This document shows positions 29,440 to 39,100 of a DNA stretch of 64,000 bases, one piece after another. A program made the position numbers and the translations under genes. The stretch spans positions 46,907-110,906 of the forward strand of contig JAISRZ010000065.1 of the NCBI GenBank assembly GCA_031273455.1, in the 5' to 3' direction. Position 1 is the first letter of the stretch. The number at the start of each line of letters is the position of its first letter. The notes under the pieces are model-generated. The model worked only from the letters and a program-made list of their open reading frames with translations. It did not search any database and was not told the DNA's origin. Source of the stretch: Deltaproteobacteria bacterium. Lineage in GTDB: Bacteria; Desulfobacterota; Desulfarculia; Adiutricales; Adiutricaceae.

Positions 29440-29893
29440 CCGGGCTAAAGGTCTTAAGGCGAACAAGTCTTTTTTTTTAGATCTTTTACACGGTCCGGGG
29501 CTGAAAATCATCCTGTTTGGATAATTAGGCAATTATTACGGATAAACTGGGGTTTTTAGCCGCTGACTTCCGTGGTTAGCTGTTATTTTTAAGCCCTTAA
29601 CTTAACTTTTTCGAGGGGAGCGCTTAATATAATAACGCTTTTTTTCGTCACCTCCCAAATGTTTTAAGCTTTAGCCAAAAGCTAGCTAGCGGCTCTGACG
29701 GGACGGCCAAAAAGGGGCTAAAAATGGCCGCTAGGCGGCGATCTTCCGCGAGCCCTAATAAAAGCCCCCTTAAGGGCCAAAGGGCCTTTAGGGGCGATTT
29801 TCGGGCCTTAAAGTTTAGGGCGTTCAGTCGCGATCGACACAGGGTTAGTTTAACCGTCTAGGGCCGCGAGTTTGGCCTTAAGGAGTTAAGATT

Positions 29894-31072
29894 ATGATAA
29901 ATAAGCGTTCTTTAGGTCAAAGCGGCGAAGCGGGCTCTATTTTGGGCTTTGGCTGCATGCGGCTCCCTTTGGCGGGCCCCAAATCTGACGAGATTGACCT
30001 GGATTTGGCCACCCACATGCTACGGACGGCCATTGACCGGGGCGTCAACTACGTGGACACGGCCTATCCGTACCACTCATCGGGCGATCACGCCACCCCC
30101 GGGGCCAGCGAGCCCTTTGTGGGTCAAGCTTTACGGAACGGTTATCGGGACAAGGTTCTTTTGGCCACCAAACTCCCCACCTGGATGGTGGAAAGCCGGG
30201 CCCATATGCATAAGCTTTTGGACGCCCAGTTAAAAAGGCTGGAGGTCTATCAGATCGACTTTTACCTGGCCCATAACTTAAACCTTTCGGTGTGGGACAA
30301 GATGATCGCCTTGGGCTTAAGGGAGTTTATGGACGAGGCCGTCAAAGACGGGCGGATCCGGTTTCCCTCCTTTTCCTTCCACGATAGCTACGGTCTTTTT
30401 GAGAAGGTGGTTAGTGGCTATGACTGGGTCATGACCCAACTTCAGTACAACTACCTGGACCAGGACTACCAAGCTGGCCGAAAAGGCGTGGAATTAGCCG
30501 CTCAAAAGGGTCTGGCCGTGGTCGTGATGGAGCCATTAAGGGGCGGCTTTTTAGTCAACCAAGTCCCCGAGGAGTCGGTTAGGGTTTTAAAGGCGGCCCG
30601 GCCCGAGTGGTCGCTCGCGGCTTGGGGTTTAAACTGGATCTGGTCGCGCCCGGAAAGCTCGGTGGTCTTAAGCGGTATGAGCTCAATGGACCAAGTGACC
30701 GAGAACCTAACTTTGGCCGAAAGCTTTACGGAGGGCCTTTTTACGGAGAAAGATGAGGCGGCCGTCAATAAAGTCCGGGAGGATTTCCAAAAGCGCCTCC
30801 AGGTCAATTGCACCGCCTGCGGTTATTGCCAACCTTGCCCCTCCGGGGTGGAGATCGCCAAAAACTTAGGGTTCTTAAACCAGTATTATCTGTTTGACAG
30901 CGAGACTTTACGGAACACTTGCCGCTTCTTTTACGCGGCCCAAATCGCCGCCGGGAAAGAGGCGGCCAATTGCGTGGCTTGCGGCGAGTGCCAGAAAAAG
31001 TGCCCCCAAGGGATCGACATCCCCAAGTTTTTGGCCCGGACCGCCGAGATTTACCAGCCCCCTAAGGCTTAA
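29894..31072 (+). CDS. Aldo/keto reductase with a C-terminal 2x[4Fe-4S] ferredoxin-like domain
   Basis: GFGCMRLP and VNYVDTAYPYH AKR motifs. C-terminal CTACGYCQPCP and CVACGECQKKCP cluster motifs. Confidence 0.85.
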   Translation: MINKRSLGQSGEAGSILGFGCMRLPLAGPKSDEIDLDLATHMLRTAIDRGVNYVDTAYPYHSSGDHATPGASEPFVGQALRNGYRDKVLLATKLPTWMVESRAHMHKLLDAQLKRLEVYQIDFYLAHNLNLSVWDKMIALGLREFMDEAVKDGRIRFPSFSFHDSYGLFEKVVSGYDWVMTQLQYNYLDQDYQAGRKGVELAAQKGLAVVVMEPLRGGFLVNQVPEESVRVLKAARPEWSLAAWGLNWIWSRPESSVVLSGMSSMDQVTENLTLAESFTEGLFTEKDEAAVNKVREDFQKRLQVNCTACGYCQPCPSGVEIAKNLGFLNQYYLFDSETLRNTCRFFYAAQIAAGKEAANCVACGECQKKCPQGIDIPKFLARTAEIYQPPKA

Positions 31073-31203
31073 AGCTAAATGGTTTTCTGGGCGTTAGGTC
31101 GTTAAAGGCTCGCTTTAAAAAGAAATCCGCTATAATACGTCAAATTCTATCATAAAGCCGTAATTTATCTTTTAAGTTACGGCTTTACGCCTTTTTACCG
31201 ATT

Positions 31204-31911
31204 ATGACCTTAAGGGCCAAAGGGGACAACAAGATGCGATTAAGATTTTCCGGGCGGCTGGCTCTGGATTTGGCCTTCATGACCGTCTGGCTTTTAGCTT
31301 TAGGCGGGCGACCGTGGGGGGATCTTTCCCACGAGTTATTGGGGGTAACCGCCTTAGCCCTCCTAGCCCTCCATCTGGCTATCAACCTACCTCGGTTGAC
31401 TAAAGGGCTGCGCTCCCAAAAGCGCCTGGCCCGGCTCTTCGTTAATTCGCTCCTCATCCTCGCCGCCATACCCGTCTTGGCCACTGGTCTCGCCCAGTCT
31501 AAGTATATTTTAAGCTTTTTGGATCTAAGCGGGGGCTCGGCTCTCCGCCAGACCCACGCTGTTTTGGCCTATTGGAGTTTGGTCCTTATCGGCGTTCATG
31601 TGGGGCTTAACTGGTCGGTTGTTTGGGCTTTTATCCGCAAAAAATTAAATATAAACGAGAAAAGGCCGCTTATAAAGCGTTTTGATTTGTTAATTCTATT
31701 GTTAATAGTTATTTATGGCGTTAAATCATTTATTGATAGAAATATGCTAAATAAATTATTTAAAGGATATTCATATGATTTTTGGGATCCTGAAAGATAT
31801 AAAATATTTCTATTCTTTGAGTATGCGTCTATTTTAATCTTTTTAGTTGTATTAACTAATGTTTTAGTTAGATTAACGTCTAATCGAAAGACAATATTCT
31901 CCAATAAATAA
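31204..31911 (+). CDS. DUF4405-like polytopic membrane protein (the 3' third is encoded by AT-rich DNA)
   Basis: N-terminal LDLAFMTVWLLALGG...HELLGVTALALLALHLAINL pattern with several TM helices. An alternative start lies at 31234. Confidence 0.5.
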   Translation: MTLRAKGDNKMRLRFSGRLALDLAFMTVWLLALGGRPWGDLSHELLGVTALALLALHLAINLPRLTKGLRSQKRLARLFVNSLLILAAIPVLATGLAQSKYILSFLDLSGGSALRQTHAVLAYWSLVLIGVHVGLNWSVVWAFIRKKLNINEKRPLIKRFDLLILLLIVIYGVKSFIDRNMLNKLFKGYSYDFWDPERYKIFLFFEYASILIFLVVLTNVLVRLTSNRKTIFSNK

Positions 31912-32202
31912 TTTTGATTCTAAAGGCTCCTAGGACAGACCCGGAGCCTTTAGACCCGGCGCGACAGGTCCCGCGCCCGCGCCCTTGGTCTCGCTAAAAT
32001 CTTTTTGGTCGCGGGGCGGGGTCAAAAGGCCCTAAAAAACGTGATCAAAAAAAAGACTTGACCGGTTTTAAGGGATTAAGGCCTACGCTGAAAGGGTTTT
32101 ACAATCTTCATAATTATAGCGTAAGTTAGAGTGGCGGGTAAAGGGCTTAAATCGTTAGGGGTTTTTGGTTAGACGTATTGGGGGCTCTGGTTAAGCGGCC
32201 CT

Positions 32203-32238
32203 AAAAAAGCCTGGGCTCTAGCGGTCAGCCCAGGCTTT
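32203..32238 (-). terminator. Intrinsic terminator of the two-gene beta-barrel/FecR operon
   Basis: aaagcctgggct...agcccaggcttt forms a 12-bp stem. On the minus strand it is followed by TTTTTT. It lies 37 nt past the stop at 32275. Confidence 0.6.
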
Positions 32239-32274
32239 AACCATGGCGATGACCGGGTTTAAACCCGGATTATG

Positions 32275-34173
32275 TCACTGTGGCCAATCTTTGATCCGCC
32301 CATCATGGACGCTTAAACTGGGCGGGACTAAGGCGGGTGGAACCGGCGGATTGGGGATAGGGGACGTTGGGGTTATGATCACCTGCCCGGAGGTGGCCTG
32401 GTTTCCAGGCTCCTGGTTGGGGTTAGCCATATTGACCGTCAAAACGCCCGTGGCCGGGAACATTCCTCCGCTGGAGCCGCCAACCTTAAAGTCTAAATTA
32501 CCGTTGGGTAGGTTGATCGTAAAGGTTGAGCCAGAAAAACTACCAGAGCCCCCGTGCAAATAAATATCCACTTCGTCCTCAAACCCTGATGGAAGGCCGT
32601 TATTGTAAATGACGTCAACCGAGCCATCAAAAATCCTACTGTTATAACGATCAATATTAAAGTTAAAAGAATTTTGGGTGGCGACCATGCCGGTTGGAAT
32701 ATTAAAAGTCCCTTCCATATACAACAAAGGTTTATCCGCGACCCCGCCATTGAAACCGAAAGACGTGGGCAGGGTTAATGGCCCTCCAGAGGTGACCACG
32801 TAATCCAAGTTAAGGCTACCCATCGTTGAGTCACCGTAGTCAACCGTCCCCGAGGAAGATAAAAAACCAGTCATGACAGTGGCTGGCCCGAAATAACCAC
32901 TAACCGTACCGCCGCCAAAGGTTTCTTCCTGAAATTCATTGTAATACGTCATGGCGGTTGAGGGAAAGCCGGAGATAGTGTAGTTGAACGTGTTGGGATC
33001 AATAGAGCCAGTTCCCCTAAAAGCGCTTAAGGACGATTCTTTCGTGTTAACTCCGACCGTGTACCTAATGTCGATGTCAAAAAAAGCGTTAAATATTCGT
33101 AAGGTCTCTAAATCAATGGTGAACCCCATAGAGTTAGAGACAACTTGTTGGCTCGGAAAAAGAGTGGTGGGAAAGGTAAACCACCCAATGACGTGGGCTT
33201 TGGGGCCGTTCAGCCCCGGGGGCATAGCTGGTTGAGTGACGTCATTGACCGCTAGATCGACTATAGAGTTATCGGGAACGTAGACCGCTGTTTCAGCTTG
33301 GACCGCCGCTTGGCCGGTTTGGGCCAGGTGGGCCGTTTGTAAAGGGCTTGGCCCAGCTTCGCTAGTTTCGGTGGTTTCCATGATAATGGCGTTAACCCCA
33401 GCGGAGGGGCTAAGATTAGGGTTAGCTAAGACCGCCGCTAAGAACCCACCGCCCTCGGCGCTAAAAACCTCGCCTAAAGTCTCGCGGTCCACTCTTTCTT
33501 GGGTGGTGGCCGGGACGTTTTTCCACGAGCCGCCCGCGGGGATATTAACGCCACTCGCGGCTAGGTAGGCGGTGTATTCCCTGGACGTCAAAATGGCCGA
33601 TTGGCCCGGGCCGGTCAGCTTTAACTCCCCGTTCCGACCGTAAGTTTCCACTTGGCCTTGTCGCGTGTTAATCCGGGAGGTTCCGTCCAGCTCAACCGCC
33701 ACGGAAAAGTCCGTGCCCCGGACCGCGGCTAGAATCAAAGGAGCGACTAGCCTTAGATTTTGCCCAGGTTGGACCGAGACCTCCACTTGGCCAACCGGGA
33801 TGGACAACTGGGGCGTTTCCCCGGGGCCATCGGCGGCGGTTTTTAACTGGCCAAGGGGCGACCAGGGGAGAGCGTTACGGCTGACCGCGCCATCGTATTT
33901 AACCTTGGAGCCGCCCAACACTTTAACGTTGATCTGGCCATCGGACACGGACAATTGGACTTCCCCGCCGCCGATTAACTCAATGGTGTCCCCTGGGGCT
34001 AGCTTTTGCCCCTCTTTAGCTGGCGTCCGCCGACCGCGGCTTAAGATTTGGGCTTTACCGGCGATACTGGTTATCTGGGGGGCCTCGTTTTGGGCTCGGG
34101 CCGGGCTGGTTAGAGCTAGGCTGGCCAATAACGCGATTAACAAAAGCGAAAAATATCTATTAAAGGATCTCAT
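32275..34173 (-). CDS. Secreted FecR-domain protein with two C-terminal beta-rich modules (candidate type 11 secretion cargo)
   Basis: Sec-type signal LLIALLASLALTSPARAQ with no lipobox. FecR pattern: APGDTIELIGGGEVQLSVSDG...LILAAVRGTDFSVAVELDGTSRINTRQGQVE. Two related C-terminal modules follow: GFTIDLETLRIFNAFFDIDI...GGGTVSGYFGPATVMTGFL and SFNFNIDRYNSRIFDGSVDV...GGSSGGMFPATGVLTV. Confidence 0.65.
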   Translation of the reverse strand: MRSFNRYFSLLLIALLASLALTSPARAQNEAPQITSIAGKAQILSRGRRTPAKEGQKLAPGDTIELIGGGEVQLSVSDGQINVKVLGGSKVKYDGAVSRNALPWSPLGQLKTAADGPGETPQLSIPVGQVEVSVQPGQNLRLVAPLILAAVRGTDFSVAVELDGTSRINTRQGQVETYGRNGELKLTGPGQSAILTSREYTAYLAASGVNIPAGGSWKNVPATTQERVDRETLGEVFSAEGGGFLAAVLANPNLSPSAGVNAIIMETTETSEAGPSPLQTAHLAQTGQAAVQAETAVYVPDNSIVDLAVNDVTQPAMPPGLNGPKAHVIGWFTFPTTLFPSQQVVSNSMGFTIDLETLRIFNAFFDIDIRYTVGVNTKESSLSAFRGTGSIDPNTFNYTISGFPSTAMTYYNEFQEETFGGGTVSGYFGPATVMTGFLSSSGTVDYGDSTMGSLNLDYVVTSGGPLTLPTSFGFNGGVADKPLLYMEGTFNIPTGMVATQNSFNFNIDRYNSRIFDGSVDVIYNNGLPSGFEDEVDIYLHGGSGSFSGSTFTINLPNGNLDFKVGGSSGGMFPATGVLTVNMANPNQEPGNQATSGQVIITPTSPIPNPPVPPALVPPSLSVHDGRIKDWPQ

Positions 34174-34244
34174 TTAGGTCTCTCCGTAGGCTAAGAGCGT
34201 CAAGTTTGATTTTTGGACTTAGGAACCCTTAAAAAAACCCCAAC

Positions 34245-35531
34245 TTAAAAACCCCAGGCCACGCCTAGACCAAAGGTGTGCTGGGCGTAGTCATAAAGCG
34301 GGCTGTTGGAGTCGTCCCGGTTATAAGCGTAATTAAGCTCGAGGCTCAAGCTTTCGTTGATCTGGTAAGTCACGTCCACCCCGGAGCGGAAACGTTGGTC
34401 TTTCCGGTCGCCAATACCCAGTAAATCGTCCAAAATGGTCGCGGGGCCGCGATATTTTTCCACCGTGACGCTGGCGTGGGGGGAGATTTCCCAGTCCTCA
34501 TGGGGCCTTAAGGTTAAACGAACCGGGGCCGACCAACCCGTGTAGCCAAAGTTGTCCGCGTGGGGCCGACCCCAGAGGAAAACCGCGCCCACGGTTAAAG
34601 AGTGCGGGCTGTCCCCGAAAAAGAAGCGCCCGTGCTGGCCTAAAGCCCCGTAAGCCCCGTTTCTAGCTGGGGAGCGTTGATAGTCGCGCCAATCTAAGTT
34701 GAACTGGCTAATCAAATGGAACTTATTGGAGACGGCTCGTAAGTAAGTTAGCTCTGGGCCTAGGGCCGAGACGTGGTTGGTTAGGTCGTAATCAAAGATC
34801 TCGCCTTTAACTTTAAACTCAAATAGATTTCGCCCTTTAGCGTAGCGGAGACCCGCCCCTAGCCTAAACCATTGCCATTCCCGGGAATGGAGGTCGTTAA
34901 GCTTGGAGTCCTCATTTCCCCGAATGTAGAGACCAGCGTCCCCGACCAAGCTCCAAGGGCTCTGGTCGGCGAAGCGGTGGCTAAGGTTAAAGTTAGCCCC
35001 AAAATAGGCCCCGGCGGACTCGATCTTTTCCGTGCCTGGGAGATTCCAGTTAAAAGGCCCTATGGAGTACGTCAAGTCATCGGGGGCCCCTTGGTTGGTG
35101 TTGGTGTCGTAAATGAACCCGGCCCGCAACTTTAGGTGGTAATCCGTGGCCGGACCCAAAGCTGAGCCGGATTTAATGGCCACGATTTGCTGACTTTCGT
35201 TTAAGAGGATGGGATCGGACGGGAACCGGCGCAATAACTCTTGGTAGATCGCGTCGGCTTCGTCATACCGTCCGGTGAGAGCCGCGCTCCGAGCTTGGCC
35301 CAGTAAAAGAGAGCTGTGGCCGGGGAATCTTTGGAGCAAATTGACAAAGATTCCATGAGCTTTTTCCGCTTGGCCCGAAGCCATTAAAATCTCGGCCTCG
35401 CGCCATTGGTTGACGGAAGCCACGTCCGGTTTGGCCGCTAAGGCTGGGGACACTGAGACGAAAAAGAAAATCGCGACTAAAACGTGTCTTATCCACATGT
35501 GTCTTATCCAGGCGTGTCTTTTCCAGGCCAT
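34245..35531 (-). CDS. Outer-membrane TPR plus beta-barrel protein, Slam/DUF560-like (candidate T11SS translocon)
   Basis: Signal peptide. A TPR region of about 100 aa (ASGQAEKAHGIFVNLLQRFPGH, GRYDEADAIYQELLRRFPSDP). Then about 300 aa of amphipathic strand-like sequence ending ...YAYNRDDSNSPLYDYAQHTFGLGVAWGF, an aromatic OMP beta-signal. The start may be the internal Met at 35498. Confidence 0.5.
   Translation of the reverse strand: MAWKRHAWIRHMWIRHVLVAIFFFVSVSPALAAKPDVASVNQWREAEILMASGQAEKAHGIFVNLLQRFPGHSSLLLGQARSAALTGRYDEADAIYQELLRRFPSDPILLNESQQIVAIKSGSALGPATDYHLKLRAGFIYDTNTNQGAPDDLTYSIGPFNWNLPGTEKIESAGAYFGANFNLSHRFADQSPWSLVGDAGLYIRGNEDSKLNDLHSREWQWFRLGAGLRYAKGRNLFEFKVKGEIFDYDLTNHVSALGPELTYLRAVSNKFHLISQFNLDWRDYQRSPARNGAYGALGQHGRFFFGDSPHSLTVGAVFLWGRPHADNFGYTGWSAPVRLTLRPHEDWEISPHASVTVEKYRGPATILDDLLGIGDRKDQRFRSGVDVTYQINESLSLELNYAYNRDDSNSPLYDYAQHTFGLGVAWGF
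35482..35526 (-). repeat. 15-bp tandem triplication at the 5' coding end of the beta-barrel gene
   Basis: acgtgtcttatccac / atgtgtcttatccag / gcgtgtcttttccag on the plus strand. It encodes the repeats W(K/I)RH(A/M/V) in MAWKRHAWIRHMWIRHV. Confidence 0.8.
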
Positions 35532-36043
35532 CTTTAAAACCTCATTCTAAAATCAATTCCTTTACGCCGAGCGTAAAAGCGTAATATGTTTTATTTTAAG
35601 TTAATTTTTGTAAAATAATGTAAAATAAGTTATATAAAAAATTCGCAAAAATTAATATACGCTATGTATAATGATTTTACTTAAAAACGTGATTTTAAAA
35701 ACAAATCGCGATCAATAAATGGTTGGTTAAAAAAGCTGGCTGTTTTTTAACCACGCCAAACCTTAGAATAAAATGAGTATTTTATCAATAGGAAGTTTAA
35801 TCTTCGATACTAATTTTGTTGTAGGGGCGTAAGGGGGCATAACCTAAAGTTAAAACAAGCGTAACTTAACGGTTGGCGAAATTCCTAGCCCTAAAATTTC
35901 GCCGCTAGGGGCTTTCGGGCAAATAAGCGCGTTGTTTAAGGCTAAAAAACGCGGCGAGGATAATAACTTAGCTGAAAATGGTTTAGAAAGTTGTGAGGCG
36001 CGAAATCAGTTAGGCGATAAACAGCCTAAGGTTAATCTTTAAC

Positions 36044-36070
36044 CAAAAAAATCCGGCCTTAAGGCCGGAT
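36044..36070 (-). terminator. Intrinsic terminator downstream of topA
   Basis: atccggcc-ttaa-ggccggat hairpin, followed on the minus strand by T7. Confidence 0.6.
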
Positions 36071-36146
36071 CTATAAAAAGGTTAGCCCCCCGAAAAGCGC
36101 GGGCTAGGGGGTTAAGTTTCGGGGGGCGTCAAGCCTTAAGCTTTAG

Positions 36147-39100
36147 TCATAGCTCTTGGGTGGTTTGGGCGGCCCCGCCTAAAACGGGCTCGTCATTGCG
36201 GGTCCGGTAGGTGGTCTGACAAGACCGGTTGGAGCAGCTATAAAAGTCATAGTCCTCGCCAGTTTTCCGACTGGTGCCCTTCCGGCGGATTAAGGGGCTG
36301 TGGCAAGCCGGGCACTTAAAATCGGATAAGACCGGTTTATCGCGGGGCGGGTTTTTCGGCCCAGGGGCGCCGTTATCGTCCTGGTAGGTGGTCCCGCAGT
36401 TCCGGTCCGAGCAAGCCCAGAAGTTGTAGCCAGTGGGGCCATCTTTAGTTAACCGCTTTAGCCGTTGGCCGCAAACCTCGCAGACGTGGCTCGTTAGCTC
36501 GCTTTTGCCGGATTTCTCCCCGGGTTCCCCATTATTGTCCTGGAATTTGGCCCCACAGTTCCGGTCCGAGCAAGCCCAGAAGTTGTAACCATTAGGCCCT
36601 TCCTTAACGATGTGGTTCAGAGCCAAACCGCAATCCGGGCACTTAAACTCGGAAAGGGTGGATTTACCGGATTTCTCCCCGGGCTGGCCATTATTGTCTT
36701 GGAACTTGGCCCCGCAGTTGGCTCGATCCGAGCATGCCCAGAAGTTGTAACCATTGGGCCCGTCTTTAATCACATGGTCTAAAGACGATTGACCGCAGGC
36801 TGGGCATTGGACACTCGTGTTTCGCCGACTGCCTTGCTTTTCCCCAGGTTTACCGTTATCGTCCTTAAACGTGGAGCCGCAATTGGCCCGATCCGAGCAA
36901 GCCCAAAAGTTGTAACCATTGGCCCCTTCTTTAACGATGTGGCTAAGGGGCTGGCCGCAAGACTGGCACTTTTCGTCCGTTAAGGAGGAGGCTTGGTTTT
37001 TATCACCGGGTTTACCGTTATCGTCCTTAAACGTGGAGCCGCAATTGGCCCGATCCGAGCAAGCCCAAAAGTTGTAACCATTGGCCCCTTCTTTAACGAT
37101 ATGGTTCAGGGGCTGGCCGCAAGACTGGCATTTTTCGTCCGTTAATGAGGCGGAGGCTTGGCTCCTTTCCCCGGGTTTACCGTTATTGTCCTTGAACTTG
37201 GCCCCACAGTTGTCCCGATCCGAGCAAGCCCAGAAGTTGTAACCATTAGGCCCGTCTTTGACTAGGTGGTTAAGCGGTTGGCCGCAAGAAAGGCAGAGCT
37301 CATCGGAAACTTCCCTTCGGCCTTGCTTTTCCCCAGGCGAACCGTTATTGTCCTTGTACTTGGCCCCGCAGGTTTGCGTGTTGGAGCAAGCCCAAAAGTT
37401 ATAGCCGTTAGGCCCATCTTTCACGAGGTGGCTAAGCGGCTGGCCGCAAGACTGGCATATTTGGTCCGATAAAGCGGCCCGTTGGCTTTTTTCCCCGGGC
37501 GATCCGTTATTGTCCTTGAACTTGGCCCCGCAGTTGTCCCGATCCGAGCAAGCCCAGAAGTTGTAACCATTAGGCCCGTCTTTAACCAAGTGGATTAAAG
37601 GTTGGCCGCACTCCTGGCAATTCTTGTCGGAAACTTCCCTTCGACCTTGCTTTTCCCCAGGTTGACCGTTATTGTCCTTGAACTTGGCCCCGCAACTATC
37701 CAAGTTGGAGCAAGCCCAAAAGTTATAGCCAGTTGGCCCGTCTTTGACGATGTGGTTTAAAGGCTGGCCACAATCCGAGCATAATTGATCTGTCAATTCG
37801 TTTCTCCCGCTTAACTCCCCAGGCGCGCCCTGGTTATCGCTGAAGATGGCCCCGCATTGGGTTTTGTTGGCACAAGCCCAAAAAGCGTAGCCATTAGGTC
37901 CAATTTTAACTATATGATATAAATTTTGACCGCATTTAGGACATAGTTCGTTGGTTAGCTCACTTTTATGGTTTTGGGCCCCGGGTCTATTGTTCTGGTC
38001 TTTAAAAGTGGCCCCGCAACGCTCTCGGTCCAGGCAAGCCCAGAACCGGTAACCGCCTGGGCCCTCTTTGACAAAGCGCTTTAAGGGCCCGCCGCAAACC
38101 GGGCAATTGGCCCCATGGCCCACGCTAAATTTTTTCAGCTCGCTTTCTAAAACGTCATTGGCTTTACTGACCACGCTTAAGTAGTCCAGTTGGCCTTGGG
38201 CGATCTGATCGAGCTTTTCCTCCAAGAGCTTCGTGTACTCGTAGTCCACAAATCCAAAGGTGGATTTGAGGTAAGAGATGAGCTCATCGCCCAACTGGGT
38301 GGACTCTAACATCCGTTTTTTGTTTTCGACAATATACCCGCGGGTCATGATATTGTCTAAAATGGCGGCGTAGGTGGAGGGCCGGCCAATGCCTCTTTTC
38401 TCTAGCTCCCGGATGAGGGCCGCCTGGGTGAACCTGGGCGGTGGGTTGGTTTTACTGGTTTTAACCTTACTCCCAATAGGCGAATAGTTGGCCTTTAGGG
38501 TTAGCTTCGGAACCGGGTTATTGAGCTCAGCCGCGTCTTGCCGATCTTTAGACTCATCGGCCTGGTCCTCGGTTAAAACGGTTTTCCAGCCAGGCTCGAT
38601 TAATCGTCGGCCTTTAGCCTCAAAGACCGCTTTCCGGCCATTTAAGCTAGCCCCTAAGGTGGCCTTGGCCGTGGCGTAGGTGGCGTTGGCCAGTTGGCTC
38701 GCCATGGTCCGTTTCCAGATGAGATTGTACAAAGCTTGGGCCAAAGGGTCATCGCCGGCTTTATCCACTTTCATATCGGTAGGGCGAATGGCCTCATGGG
38801 CTTCCTGGGCCCCTTTGGGGGCCTTAAAGACCCGGGGCTCTTTGGGTAAGGGCCAATTTTTATCCCCAGCCACCTTGCGGATGTCTTTAATGGCTTCGTC
38901 CGAAAGGGCCTGGCTATCGGTTCGCATATAGGTGATGAGACCGGCCTCGTACAGCCTCTGGGCGATCTCCATGGTCTTTTTGGGGTTCAGCTTTAAATGG
39001 TTGCTAGCCGCTTGCTGAAGCGTGGAGGTGGTGAAAGGCGGGGGCGGGTTCTTTTGGGCCCGGCCCTCCTCATAGTCCTCCGCGGTGAGCGTTTTTAGGG

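Noticed and set aside
32243-34177. Plus-strand ORFs 32243-32563, 32984-33235, 33371-33568 and 33665-34177
   Set aside because: All are antisense shadows inside the 632-aa FecR-domain gene.
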